A stretch of DNA of 64,000 nt, taken from an uncultured Pseudomonadota bacterium (GTDB lineage: Bacteria > Pseudomonadota > Alphaproteobacteria > Rs-D84). The translations under genes and the position numbers were made by a program. A model generated the notes under the pieces. It was not told the DNA's origin, made no database searches, and saw nothing but the letters and a program-made list of their open reading frames with translations. Position 1 is the first letter of the stretch; each line of letters opens with the position of its first letter. Positions 21,230-30,969 of this stretch are shown here, in pieces. The DNA lies in assembly GCA_902801125.1 (NCBI GenBank), contig CADCGT010000006.1, positions 578 through 64,577 on the forward strand, given 5' to 3'.

Positions 21230-23068
21230 ATGGTTAAATTACACAAACATGTCGAACCGGAACCGGTCGACGAAATTGATATTGACACGGCGGACGAAGA
21301 ATTGTCCGTGCATGTCGCCGCCGATAAATCGGCGCGCCCCGCAAAACACACGGACCCGGAATCAGACAAAAATGATGACAAGGTTTATTTTATGGCCCTT
21401 GGCGGGTTGGAACACGTCGGGCAAAATATGTACCTTTATAAATACAAAGGTAAGTTTTTGGTCGTTGATTGCGGGATGGGTTTCTTGGAAGAAGAAATCG
21501 GTGCGGGCGATGTGCAATACTGTGATACGACCTGGCTTGAAAAGCGCAAGAAAGATGTTGTCGCGTTCGTCATAACGCATGGACACGAAGACCATATTGG
21601 CGCATTGAAATACATTTGGCCAAAGTTCCGTAAACCGATTTACTGCACACGATTCCCGGCGGAAATTTTGCGCAAGACTTTCCGTGGAATCGAACTGGAT
21701 TTCGACCCAAAGAAAGACATTGTGGAATTTGACGCGGCGGGCGCAACACTTGATTTGAAACCGTTTACGGTTGAAACTTTCCATGTAAGCCATTCTGTGC
21801 CCGAGGCCCAGATGCTTATCATCAAAACCGGCGCGGGAAAAATTCTGCACACGGGTGATTGGACATTTAACGATGACAACCCGATTGAACCAGGAACCGA
21901 TTATGCGCGGTTGCGTGAAATTGGTTCAGACCCAAAATTGTTGGCGTGCGCGTGCGATTCAACTTCGTCGGCGCGTCAAACGGTTCAAACGACCGAGGTT
22001 CAAGTGCGTGATACACTGACCCAGATTATGCGTGATGCGCCGGGACGTGTTATCATTACCGGTTATTCGCGAAGCCTGGCACGCATGAAAATGTTTGCCG
22101 ATGCCGCACATGCCGCCGGGCGCGTGGCCGCAATCAAAGAACGCAGTAATCCAAACCCGGTGCCGTATGTCGGATTGCCGGAATTCCGTGAAATGGGAAT
22201 TGAATTTGGTTATTTAAAGGCGGATGATGTGTACCTGCATTCCGAGATAAAAGATTTGCCCGCCGAAAAACAGGCGATATTCCTTACCGGGTCCCAGGGC
22301 GAAAAGTTCGCGATGCTGACCCGCCTGTGCCGGGGGCAAGTTAAAGAATTGAAACTTATGCCGACGGATACCGTGGTGTTCAGTTCTATTATTATTCCCG
22401 GCCGCGAACAGGATGTTTCATTCCTTTATAACAAATTGGCGAAAATGGGTATTCATACGCATACAATTTATGACACCGACCATGTCCACGCCAGTGGTCA
22501 CGCCGGACGCCCAGAATTTGAACGGTTCTATGACATGGTTCACCCCCAGGTTTCAATCCCAATGCACGGGGATTATATCAATGAAATGCTGAACGGGAAA
22601 ATGGCGATGGAACGCGGTGGCGCAAAGCATATGATGTTGGTGCGCAACGGTGAAATGGTCGCATTGGCCGACGGCGCAGAACCCTATGTATGTGAAACAA
22701 TTGACACAGGATTCGTTGTTATGGAGGGTGAAACCGAACGCAGTGCCAACGACCAGGTTTATAAAAACCGCAAGAAAATCGCATCTAATGGCGCAATCTT
22801 TGTGACATTGCCGGTTGATAAACGCGGTTTCCTTAAAGGCACCCCAGAGGTTTCCAGTGCAGGCATTTTTGAATCCGATACAACCGGATTTATGAAACGC
22901 CAGATTCAGATAGAAATTACCAAGGCGATTGATGCACTGTCCAAGGCCGAAAGAAAATCGCAAGATAACCTAAGCCGTGCGGTGCAAACCGCCGCGAACA
23001 AGGTGGTGCGCGCGGCACTTGGCGCGGACAAAAAACCGCAATACAGTGTGCATTTTGTTCAAAAATAA
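21230..23068 (+). CDS. rnj: ribonuclease J (metallo-beta-lactamase/beta-CASP RNase) with an acidic N-terminal extension
   Basis: HGHEDHIG motif, beta-CASP region, TGDW motif. Confidence 0.85.
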   Translation: MVKLHKHVEPEPVDEIDIDTADEELSVHVAADKSARPAKHTDPESDKNDDKVYFMALGGLEHVGQNMYLYKYKGKFLVVDCGMGFLEEEIGAGDVQYCDTTWLEKRKKDVVAFVITHGHEDHIGALKYIWPKFRKPIYCTRFPAEILRKTFRGIELDFDPKKDIVEFDAAGATLDLKPFTVETFHVSHSVPEAQMLIIKTGAGKILHTGDWTFNDDNPIEPGTDYARLREIGSDPKLLACACDSTSSARQTVQTTEVQVRDTLTQIMRDAPGRVIITGYSRSLARMKMFADAAHAAGRVAAIKERSNPNPVPYVGLPEFREMGIEFGYLKADDVYLHSEIKDLPAEKQAIFLTGSQGEKFAMLTRLCRGQVKELKLMPTDTVVFSSIIIPGREQDVSFLYNKLAKMGIHTHTIYDTDHVHASGHAGRPEFERFYDMVHPQVSIPMHGDYINEMLNGKMAMERGGAKHMMLVRNGEMVALADGAEPYVCETIDTGFVVMEGETERSANDQVYKNRKKIASNGAIFVTLPVDKRGFLKGTPEVSSAGIFESDTTGFMKRQIQIEITKAIDALSKAERKSQDNLSRAVQTAANKVVRAALGADKKPQYSVHFVQK

Positions 23069-23074
23069 TACGAA

Positions 23075-23097
23075 CGCCCCAAACGGGGCGTTTTTTT
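23075..23097 (+). terminator. rho-independent terminator after rnj
   Basis: CGCCCCAAACGGGGCG followed by TTTTTTT. Confidence 0.85.
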
Positions 23098-23146
23098 AGC
23101 AAAAAAATTCTGGACATTAAAATTTAATTTTTATACAATTGAACCG

Positions 23147-23563
23147 TTGAAAACAAAGGAAGGAAATATGCCAACAAAAAACACAAAAAAAACCGCTGCA
23201 CGCCCGGCAACACGGCGCGCCGTTAAACCGGTTGCGGCGACGGCACCGGAACTGCACGAATGTCATTGTGGTTGCAAATGCACACCATTAAAGAAATGTT
23301 TCTATTTGGGCGGAATGTTTATATTGGGATTCTTGGTCGCATATTTTTGCGTTTGCCCATGCCACAAACATGGTCCAAAGATGCACAAAATGCACCCGGT
23401 ATTCGTGAATGGATGCCTGGACACGGAATCAATCAAATGTCCAAAGATGCGTGAAAATGTTGTTCGCATGGATTTGGATGGTAATGGTTGTATAAGCGAA
23501 ACCGAATTCCGCGAAGCAAAACGTGCAATGCGTCATGAAATGCATGAACGCAATGACGATTAA
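23147..23563 (+). CDS. small Cys/His-rich single-TM protein with a C-terminal EF-hand-like Ca-binding loop
   Basis: HECHCGCKC...CVCPCHKHGPKMHKMH followed by DLDGNGCISETEF (DxDxNG...E EF-hand loop). Lys/Arg-rich N-terminus. Confidence 0.45.
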   Translation: MKTKEGNMPTKNTKKTAARPATRRAVKPVAATAPELHECHCGCKCTPLKKCFYLGGMFILGFLVAYFCVCPCHKHGPKMHKMHPVFVNGCLDTESIKCPKMRENVVRMDLDGNGCISETEFREAKRAMRHEMHERNDD

Positions 23564-23580
23564 AAATCGTTTGTAATTCA

Positions 23581-23606
23581 AAAATGCCCGCAATCGCGGG
23601 CATTTT
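23581..23606. terminator. bidirectional terminator
   Basis: AAAATGCCCGCAATCGCGGGCATTTTT. Confidence 0.8.
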
Positions 23607-25108
23607 TATGCATATTGTTTTTCTTTAACCGAACGCAAGACATGCGATTTACCCTGGCGCATCAATTCATATATTCTGTTTATATTTCCACGACCACCGA
23701 TTTCCATGGCAACCCGTTTAGATTTATTTTGCGCCCTGGCCTTGTCGGCTTTGCATTGTTGCAATTTAGATTCATAAATATTTTTATTAAACCCATTGCA
23801 ATAATTATCAGAATGTTCGATTGATTTTTCGAAATTCTTGATTGCGTTGTCATAATCACCAAGTGCCCAATACGCCAACCCGGCATTATATGTTGCGAAC
23901 ATATATTTTTCACGTTCACCCATTGCAAGCACTTTACGACACAATTCGATACATTCCGTATGACGCCCCAAATGATAAAATGTAATCGCCATATCATTAT
24001 ACAGGTCCGCACTGTTACCATTTTGCGCTATGATTTGCTGATATAAATACATGGCACCACTATAATCCCCGGAATCATATATGGATTGCGCCAATTCGTA
24101 CAAATTGTTACGGTTTTCCATTTCTATAGATGTCTTGGTTGACGAACAAAATGCCAAGACAGCATTTTTATTACCGGTGCTTAACTTTGATACATAGTAT
24201 TTAATCGGATGCCCATTTTTGACAACGTATGTACAGATAGCATTTTTTGCCGCCGATAAATTCTTGTTGGTTAAGCATTTTGAAGCGGCCAAAGTATGAT
24301 AATAAGGCGCGCCAGCCGCAACAGATGTGCCAAGGTGGCCATCTACTTCTAATTCAAATAAATCAAGGCAATAATTGTCATAATTCAGATAAATAAGTGC
24401 TTCGTGGACACGGCGCGGTTCGATTCCGTTCATTTTGATTTGCGTATTCAAAATCTTACGGGCACATTTTTTTGCATCGCCGTAATTGTCTTTAATCTCG
24501 TCACAAAGTTTTCTGCCGATGGCTTCATCATTATAATAAACACTGGCGATTGCCGCAAATTGATTGATGGTTAATTCGGCACCCTTTAAATGATTAAACA
24601 ATTCGTTTAAATGCCGACCATTTTCCATATTTTCAAACCAACCAATACTGCCCGCATAAAGTTCATCTGGGGTCAACTTGCGCGGATTCGCGGCGTTGTG
24701 TGATTCCTTGTACGATTGAACATATTTACTGGTTTTTGTCCAATTGCCCTTGAAATTAAAATCCAGTTTACCATTTTTATTGACACCAAGCCAATACAAC
24801 CCAACGCCGACAGAATTTGCCGGTTTGTCAGAACGCTGTCTATCATTATGAAAATCTTGGCGCCAATTTTCGGTTGAAATCATAGATGCAAAAATGAACG
24901 GCTTGGCCTTGTTATATAACAAATCAAAGTTCGCACGAGTGTCGATTTTATACTTTTTATCAAATTCTGAAGTTTTTTCAACGACAACCTCTGTTGATAC
25001 TTCGTCTTCTTGATTCGAATTTTCGTCTTGATTTTTACAGCCAGCCCCACCCAAGGCAAGCCCACCAAGCAACATTACACCGAATAAATTTTTTTTCATA
25101 TTTGCCAT
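23606..25108 (-). CDS. lipoprotein with C-terminal TPR/Sel1-like repeats; N-terminal module paralogous to 31219..32802
   Basis: Lipobox LGGAGC after the signal. TPR-like YYNAGLAYWALGDYDNAIKNFEKSIE. Segment GVGLYWLGVNKNGKLDFNFKGN resembles VFWLGADNDIKINMKTLNSF in the lysozyme-TPR protein. Confidence 0.6.
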   Translation of the reverse strand: MANMKKNLFGVMLLGGLALGGAGCKNQDENSNQEDEVSTEVVVEKTSEFDKKYKIDTRANFDLLYNKAKPFIFASMISTENWRQDFHNDRQRSDKPANSVGVGLYWLGVNKNGKLDFNFKGNWTKTSKYVQSYKESHNAANPRKLTPDELYAGSIGWFENMENGRHLNELFNHLKGAELTINQFAAIASVYYNDEAIGRKLCDEIKDNYGDAKKCARKILNTQIKMNGIEPRRVHEALIYLNYDNYCLDLFELEVDGHLGTSVAAGAPYYHTLAASKCLTNKNLSAAKNAICTYVVKNGHPIKYYVSKLSTGNKNAVLAFCSSTKTSIEMENRNNLYELAQSIYDSGDYSGAMYLYQQIIAQNGNSADLYNDMAITFYHLGRHTECIELCRKVLAMGEREKYMFATYNAGLAYWALGDYDNAIKNFEKSIEHSDNYCNGFNKNIYESKLQQCKADKARAQNKSKRVAMEIGGRGNINRIYELMRQGKSHVLRSVKEKQYA

Positions 25109-25225
25109 ATTATTATGTCCTTTTGATTATAAAGTAGCACAAAAATATAAAATGTCAAGATTTTTAAGACGATTTTATAAAAAATAACCGCCCAGATGGG
25201 CGGTTGCCTGGATTTACATTATTAC

Positions 25226-25768
25226 CTATTTAAAATTGACCCGTGGTGCAACGCGTTCGGATTCATCCATTTCGAACAATTTTTCACGGGTGATGCCGAA
25301 CATACGCGCCACAATATTGGATGGGAATTGTTCAATTTGGGTGTTCAGCGCCATAACAACCGTATTATAAAATTGCCGTGCCGATTGAATCTTGGTTTCG
25401 GTGTCGGTCAATTCGCGTTGCAATTCAAGGAAATTTTCATTTGCACGCAGGGTCGGATACGCTTCGCCAAGGGCAAACAATTTATTCAACGCGCCGGACA
25501 GTCCCCGTTCCGCCGATGCAGATTCCAACGGGTTTGTTGTCATTGCCGCATTGCGCGCAGAAATAACCGCCGACAGAGTGTCTTTTTCATGCGCCGCCGC
25601 ACCACGCACGGTTTCAACCAGATTCGGTATCAAATCATACCGGCGTTTTAATTGCGTGTCGATTGTTGCCCATGCCTCGCGCGCCTGGTTCCGGCGGGAC
25701 ACCAGTCCATTATAAACCGCGATAATATATAGAACCAAAATTGCAACAATACCAATTGCCGTCCACAT
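25226..25768 (-). CDS. lemA: LemA-family membrane protein
   Basis: N-terminal TM then AWATIDTQLKRRYDLIPNLVETV...NENFLELQRELTDTE, the typical LemA sequence. Confidence 0.8.
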   Translation of the reverse strand: MWTAIGIVAILVLYIIAVYNGLVSRRNQAREAWATIDTQLKRRYDLIPNLVETVRGAAAHEKDTLSAVISARNAAMTTNPLESASAERGLSGALNKLFALGEAYPTLRANENFLELQRELTDTETKIQSARQFYNTVVMALNTQIEQFPSNIVARMFGITREKLFEMDESERVAPRVNFK

Positions 25769-25847
25769 GTTTCATCCTTTTGTTTTTTTATTTGTGATTA
25801 TATTTTATATCAAATCACATTAAAATCAAACAAAAATCTACATAGGG

Positions 25848-26486
25848 TTATTGCAGGCGACACTCACACATATGATTTACACATGAACAATGGTTGGGAT
25901 ACTCACAATCATCGGCCGTATTACACTGCGCACCATAAACGGTTTCATCCACCAAATTCCACAACAAACAATTCGCATCGGTATGTGACTGACCATCAAT
26001 CCAACTGGTACAAATTCTGTGTGTGACGGTTTTTTCCGGCAGGTTGGTCGCATTCTGCACCACCGATGCGGTCACCAATTTATCTGCGTCGGTACTTGAA
26101 TCATATGTTGTTGACCCGTCATAAATTCCGCGTGAACCACCAATTTGGCCACCAATACCATTATACATCACAACTGTGTCCCTCTCACCGGTGGGCATAT
26201 TGTTCATTACTGCAAAATCTAATTCTCTCACTGTAACCAAATCATTAGGAGCACAATCATCATCTTTTTCATTATTACAAATCCCGCGTTCGCCAATTTG
26301 TCCGGCTGTGCCTGTATATGTGACAACGGTTTCACCGGGTTCATCTTCGTTTGTACCCGCGACCGGAATTGTTGCCTGACGTGTGGTATCAACATAACTT
26401 TTCGATGTGACGATTGTGTCCGCAAAGACCGAATTTATCGCAATAACAGACGCGATTGTGCCAAATAAAAACAATTTTTTGCTCAT
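25848..26486 (-). CDS. secreted protein with an internal duplicated Gly-rich module and a Cys-rich C-terminus
   Basis: Start at MSKKLF (SD AAGGGGGAA upstream). Signal peptide. Repeats VVTYTGTAGQIGERGI and VVMYNGIGGQIGGSRGI. C-terminal ...CEYPNHCSCVNHMCECRLQ. Confidence 0.55.
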   Translation of the reverse strand: MSKKLFLFGTIASVIAINSVFADTIVTSKSYVDTTRQATIPVAGTNEDEPGETVVTYTGTAGQIGERGICNNEKDDDCAPNDLVTVRELDFAVMNNMPTGERDTVVMYNGIGGQIGGSRGIYDGSTTYDSSTDADKLVTASVVQNATNLPEKTVTHRICTSWIDGQSHTDANCLLWNLVDETVYGAQCNTADDCEYPNHCSCVNHMCECRLQ

Positions 26487-26522
26487 AGATTCCCCCTTTC
26501 CTTGGTTTAAAACAAAAACCAC

Positions 26523-26700
26523 CGAAAAATTCGAGTGGTTGGAGGTTCAGAACAATTGTATGCAAATTGTGTGCTTATTTTATGGGACGCACCCATATTA
26601 TTCACATCCCTCCAACCACACCGGGTTGGAGATTTTTCGTCATAAATGACGGCATACTATCGGGTTCTGACACCCCATCGGCGGAATACCCGTCGACATG
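26523..26700 (-). promoter_or_regulatory. structured 5' leader containing GGTTGGAGG / CCTCCAACC long-range pairing
   Basis: On the mRNA strand: CTCCAACCcggtgtGGTTGGAGGG, then about 60 nt, then CCTCCAACCAC. The SD-like GGAGG is sequestered by anti-SD-like CCTCC segments. Confidence 0.35.
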
Positions 26701-26806
26701 ATGATTTTATCATAATATAAAAATTCCTGTCAACAATTTATGCAAATAATTTAAAATTACAAACAAAAACGGACCATTCGGCCCGTTTAATACAAAAACA
26801 AAAATC

Positions 26807-27151
26807 TTATTTTTTCCAAAACGCAAATCCAGAACGTTTTTCTTTATGTTCTTCGTGGCTTTTGCGTTCTTCGCGGGCGCGCCGGCGTTCGGCACGACGT
26901 TCCTGGAATCGTTTTGCCGATTCTTCGTCGCGTTGAATCAATTTGATTGTTGTCACAGATAATTTGCCGTTGCGAACTTCTTCTTCAAATTCCACAATAT
27001 CGCCTTCGTTAAGAAAGCGCAATTCTGCATTTTTCAATGAACTTGAATGAACAAATACATCGTCTGTATTGCCGTCTGCATTTGGCGTGTCCGGCGCAAT
27101 AAAACCGAAACATTTTTTGCCGTTATACCATTTTACTTTACCTTGGCGCAT
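26807..27151 (-). CDS. cspA: cold-shock protein CspA family with a basic C-terminal tail
   Basis: GKVKWYNGKKCFGFIAPD...DVFVHSS are the RNP1/RNP2 motifs of the cold-shock domain. Confidence 0.85.
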   Translation of the reverse strand: MRQGKVKWYNGKKCFGFIAPDTPNADGNTDDVFVHSSSLKNAELRFLNEGDIVEFEEEVRNGKLSVTTIKLIQRDEESAKRFQERRAERRRAREERKSHEEHKEKRSGFAFWKK

Positions 27152-27275
27152 CTTTTATTCCTTTGCTAACCTTGTTTACGATTCAATCGTGGTTGGTTGA
27201 ATCCAATCCAATCTTGTCACAACGAAAAAACAAAATCAAGAAAAAATGTAAAACATTCAAAAGGATATTTATCCA

Positions 27276-28667
27276 TTACCGCTTTTTATTATTATAATAC
27301 CGATATACCGCATTCATTACAAAGTTAAACAGTTGCACCGCCAACGAATCACCCGGCAACGGCGCGCCATCGTGCGCCCGCGGCAAGGCCGAAACCAACA
27401 CAAAACGCGCCATAAAACGGAAAATCGCCATTTGTTGCGTCAAATCCAATTTTGATGAAGAATTTGTTATGTGAAAAATCTCGTTCTTGACGGCGACATC
27501 CAACTTTGCCGTTATCGTATCCAATATACGCGATGGATAATACAGTTTGCATTCACGCGGGAAACCTTCGAACAACGCAACATCGCCGGCGCGACTGTAT
27601 AAAATATTCCACCCCACCCGGTCAAACAAATCGTCAAGGCAACGGCATATCATCAAATTATATTCGCGTATGCCCCTTTCCATAAATTCAGACGATTCTT
27701 GTTCAAGTTTTTTATTTTTCATGTTTGGGTTTTCACGAATCGCGGCATAATAATCATGCGTTTTCCGTTCAAATTCAAAGAATGTTCGAACCTGGCATAT
27801 AATTTCCATTGGAATAATACAATCCGGCGTGCCGATATTCACAATAACCTTGGAATCGCGATAATTGCGCGGATTGCCGATGTCATAAAATTTATCGCGC
27901 ACCGACAATACGCGTTCCGGCATCATAACATTAAGGCGTTCGATAAAAGTGCGCGCCTGGGGTATCAAATCGAACAGGCATTTAACACGCCAAACATCAT
28001 TCAGATATTTATACGGTTTCTTGATTTTATCCAATTCACGAACAATTCTAACCACCAACGCGTCATTACTTTGCCCAAGCACCGACAACACGCCAACCGC
28101 CGCATCCGTCGTATAACGGGACGCAAAATGTTCGCGCACGCGTGCGATAATTGCATCAACATCTATTGATTTATCTGTATCCGATATAACACGCGATACC
28201 GCCGATATAATGTCTTCTATAAAGAAGCGGTAATATTTTCCTGTGACCTTGTCCAGGGCGCGGTCAATATTTTTCTGGGCCGCGACAATAACCGTCACAA
28301 TCGAAGAAACCGACAAATCAATTTTATGCCCCGCCCCAGATGTAAAAAATTGGTTCCGCATAGGGTCCGCATCCAAACGGTGATTGACCAAATACGACGA
28401 AAGCGGATTTATGTCGGCAATCTTGATTGGTTTATCAACCGAAGAATCAGTTATCGGGTCGTATTCGGTCACCGCCGTTTTCGGCGCACCGAAACATTTA
28501 CCAAGGACGTGAAAAACCTCGCGATAGGACCGCATACCATCGGCATAAAGGCGCGACATATAATCCGCCGTTTCATCATTTATGCGCCCGGCCCGCCGCG
28601 CATTTTCAATGATTTCAAGGTTATGCCGGTCGTGGTCTGCGGTCAAAAGGTTTACATCTGTTTGCAT
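27276..28667 (-). CDS. hypothetical protein with a putative RelA/SpoT-like (RSH) nucleotidyltransferase domain, orphan
   Basis: By-eye motif matches to small alarmone synthetases: WRVKCLFDLIPQAR (cf. GRVKxxxSIxxKxxRK), NYRDSKVIVNI (cf. GYRSYHLVV), EIICQVRT (cf. EIQIRT), then F...THDYY. No HD domain and the Mg-binding Asp is not evident. Confidence 0.35.
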   Translation of the reverse strand: MQTDVNLLTADHDRHNLEIIENARRAGRINDETADYMSRLYADGMRSYREVFHVLGKCFGAPKTAVTEYDPITDSSVDKPIKIADINPLSSYLVNHRLDADPMRNQFFTSGAGHKIDLSVSSIVTVIVAAQKNIDRALDKVTGKYYRFFIEDIISAVSRVISDTDKSIDVDAIIARVREHFASRYTTDAAVGVLSVLGQSNDALVVRIVRELDKIKKPYKYLNDVWRVKCLFDLIPQARTFIERLNVMMPERVLSVRDKFYDIGNPRNYRDSKVIVNIGTPDCIIPMEIICQVRTFFEFERKTHDYYAAIRENPNMKNKKLEQESSEFMERGIREYNLMICRCLDDLFDRVGWNILYSRAGDVALFEGFPRECKLYYPSRILDTITAKLDVAVKNEIFHITNSSSKLDLTQQMAIFRFMARFVLVSALPRAHDGAPLPGDSLAVQLFNFVMNAVYRYYNNKKR

Positions 28668-28671
28668 TTTA

Positions 28672-30141
28672 CTACTTCATAATCGGGAACAAAATGATGT
28701 CGCGCAATGTCGGTTGGTCGAACACGATACTGGCCAAGCGGTCAATCCCCAACCCCACCCCAGAAATCGGCGGGAACCCATGTTCCATCGCAAGGACGAA
28801 ATCATTGTCGGGGTTGAATGCTTCTTCTTCGCCACCGGCAATACTTTTCGCCTGGTCTTCGAATGCGCGGGCCTGTTGAATTGGGTTGACCAATTCGGAA
28901 TAACCCTTGCATAATTCGCCACCGGCAACCAATAATTGATACATATCCAAACGACGATCGTCTTCATCATTATGCCGTGCCAATGGTACCATATATGTTG
29001 GATAATTGTACAGGATTGTTGGCTGAACAATTTTATCGCGGATTTTCCGTTTGTAAACATAGTCAACCAAGGTCGCCAAAGATTTCAAATCTTCCAATTC
29101 ATCCATTGGGAACATGCCTTCGTCAACCAATTTTTGACGCAAGACATCAACATCATCAAAGTCCAAAATATTGCAACCGAAAAATTCGTTCATTTTCGCG
29201 GTGTAATCTATCATTTCATATTTTGAAAAGTCCAATTTTGTGCCCTGGTATTCAATTTGCAATGTGCCACGGGCGCGCATAATTAAATCTTGGACCAATG
29301 CCCATGTGAATTCAATATTGCGTTTGTAATCCCAATATGCCGCATACCATTCAATCATTGTAAATTCTTGCAGGTGCATCGCATCCATGCCTTCGTTGCG
29401 GAAATCTTTCGCAACTTCGTACACGCGGTCAAATCCGGCACCGATAGCCATCTTTAAGAATAATTCTGGCGATATGCGCAATTGGAAATCTGTATTCAAC
29501 GCGTTGTGATGGGTCGTGAACGGACGCGCCGCCGCACCCGATGCGATGTTTTGCATAATCGGTGTTTCAATTTCCAAGAATCCATGGTCATTCATAAAAT
29601 CACGCAGGTGCTGGGTCATCTTGAACCGCCCAAGCAACGCGTTACGCGATTCTGGATTCGAAATAATATCCAAATAGCGCTGACGATACCGCGTTTCCAT
29701 GTCTGTCAACCCGTGGAATTTTTCCGGCAACGGACGCAAGGCCTTGGCCAAGATTTCATACGCCGCGACACGCACGGTCAATTCGCCCGCCGTCGTATGA
29801 TATAATTCACCGGTAATACCGATAAAATCACCCATATCAACATTGGCCTTCATAAATTTATATTGTTCTTCGCCCAATTCTTCGCGCGACATAGAAAACT
29901 GGATTTCGCCATTTATATCATAAATGCGACCGAACATCAATTTACCCAACCAACGCAGCGCCGTCACGCGCCCGCACAGTTTTACCGCCGTCCCATCCGC
30001 CAATTCGCGGGATTCGGCAATCGTATGTGTGCGGTCAAATTTATCCTTCCATACAACACCATCGCGCGCGCGGATATTTTCCGCCTTTTGCAGCCGGGCC
30101 GTAAGTTCGTTTGTGGACATTGCGGTTGTATTTTCTGACAT
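28672..30141 (-). CDS. lysS: lysyl-tRNA synthetase, class II
   Basis: Class II motifs including GGELCKGYSEL, FELxxNG-like motif 2/3 regions, and an OB-fold N-domain. Start at MSENTT. Confidence 0.9.
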   Translation of the reverse strand: MSENTTAMSTNELTARLQKAENIRARDGVVWKDKFDRTHTIAESRELADGTAVKLCGRVTALRWLGKLMFGRIYDINGEIQFSMSREELGEEQYKFMKANVDMGDFIGITGELYHTTAGELTVRVAAYEILAKALRPLPEKFHGLTDMETRYRQRYLDIISNPESRNALLGRFKMTQHLRDFMNDHGFLEIETPIMQNIASGAAARPFTTHHNALNTDFQLRISPELFLKMAIGAGFDRVYEVAKDFRNEGMDAMHLQEFTMIEWYAAYWDYKRNIEFTWALVQDLIMRARGTLQIEYQGTKLDFSKYEMIDYTAKMNEFFGCNILDFDDVDVLRQKLVDEGMFPMDELEDLKSLATLVDYVYKRKIRDKIVQPTILYNYPTYMVPLARHNDEDDRRLDMYQLLVAGGELCKGYSELVNPIQQARAFEDQAKSIAGGEEEAFNPDNDFVLAMEHGFPPISGVGLGIDRLASIVFDQPTLRDIILFPIMK

Positions 30142-30405
30142 AACTTTTCCTTTTTGTTGTTTAAAAAAACGGGGCACCATAAAAGTGCGCCCGCAAATTT
30201 TATTGTGGTCGCACCGTTATAACAAAGATTTCTTGCCATATTGACGCATTTACTTGTTCCGTGCCTTGGTTAAACACATGCCCCCATTATGGACACTTTT
30301 ATTGCGGTTGTCAAAGGATTTATTTATAAAAATCGCAAAAATTGTCTGGTCTTGATTTTTTACTGCATTTATAATATCCCAACAATAATTTAAAAAAGTA
30401 AACAT

Positions 30406-30969
30406 ATGAACACCAGAATTGCAATCGATTTGGATAATACAGTTTTTGATACCGCACGTGTAATTCGCGGTATTTGTGAACGGCATAATGTCGATTTTAA
30501 TATACTTAAAACATATGACCCATATCAATGTGTACCAAAACATGTTGCAGATGAAATAATGGGGGCATTCGATTCCCCGGAACTGCGTAACATACCGGTT
30601 GTGAATGCCCGGATTCCGGAATTATTAAATCGCATGGTCGCCCGCGACGATATAGAAATCTATTTTATTACAGAACGTCCAATTGCTATGTCAGATATGG
30701 ATGTTAAGCAATTACAAAATGCGGGAATTGTATGTGATAAAAGTCGGGTTGTAAATCATAAACCTAAAATCGAGGCACTGCGCAAATACAACATTGATTT
30801 GTGTTTTGATGATTCGCCAAATGTTGTGCACGACTGTATTACAAACAATATTGATATTGTGATGATTTCAAATCCGGATACACCGTACAATCACCATTTG
30901 TGTGACAACGTGGAACATTACCCCGATTTGGCCACCGCACTGATAGAACACGGAATAATCACAAAATAA
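30406..30969 (+). CDS. HAD-superfamily 5'(3')-deoxyribonucleotidase-like hydrolase
   Basis: IAIDLDNTVFD is HAD motif I (DxDxT). About 190 aa, typical for this family. Confidence 0.55.
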   Translation: MNTRIAIDLDNTVFDTARVIRGICERHNVDFNILKTYDPYQCVPKHVADEIMGAFDSPELRNIPVVNARIPELLNRMVARDDIEIYFITERPIAMSDMDVKQLQNAGIVCDKSRVVNHKPKIEALRKYNIDLCFDDSPNVVHDCITNNIDIVMISNPDTPYNHHLCDNVEHYPDLATALIEHGIITK

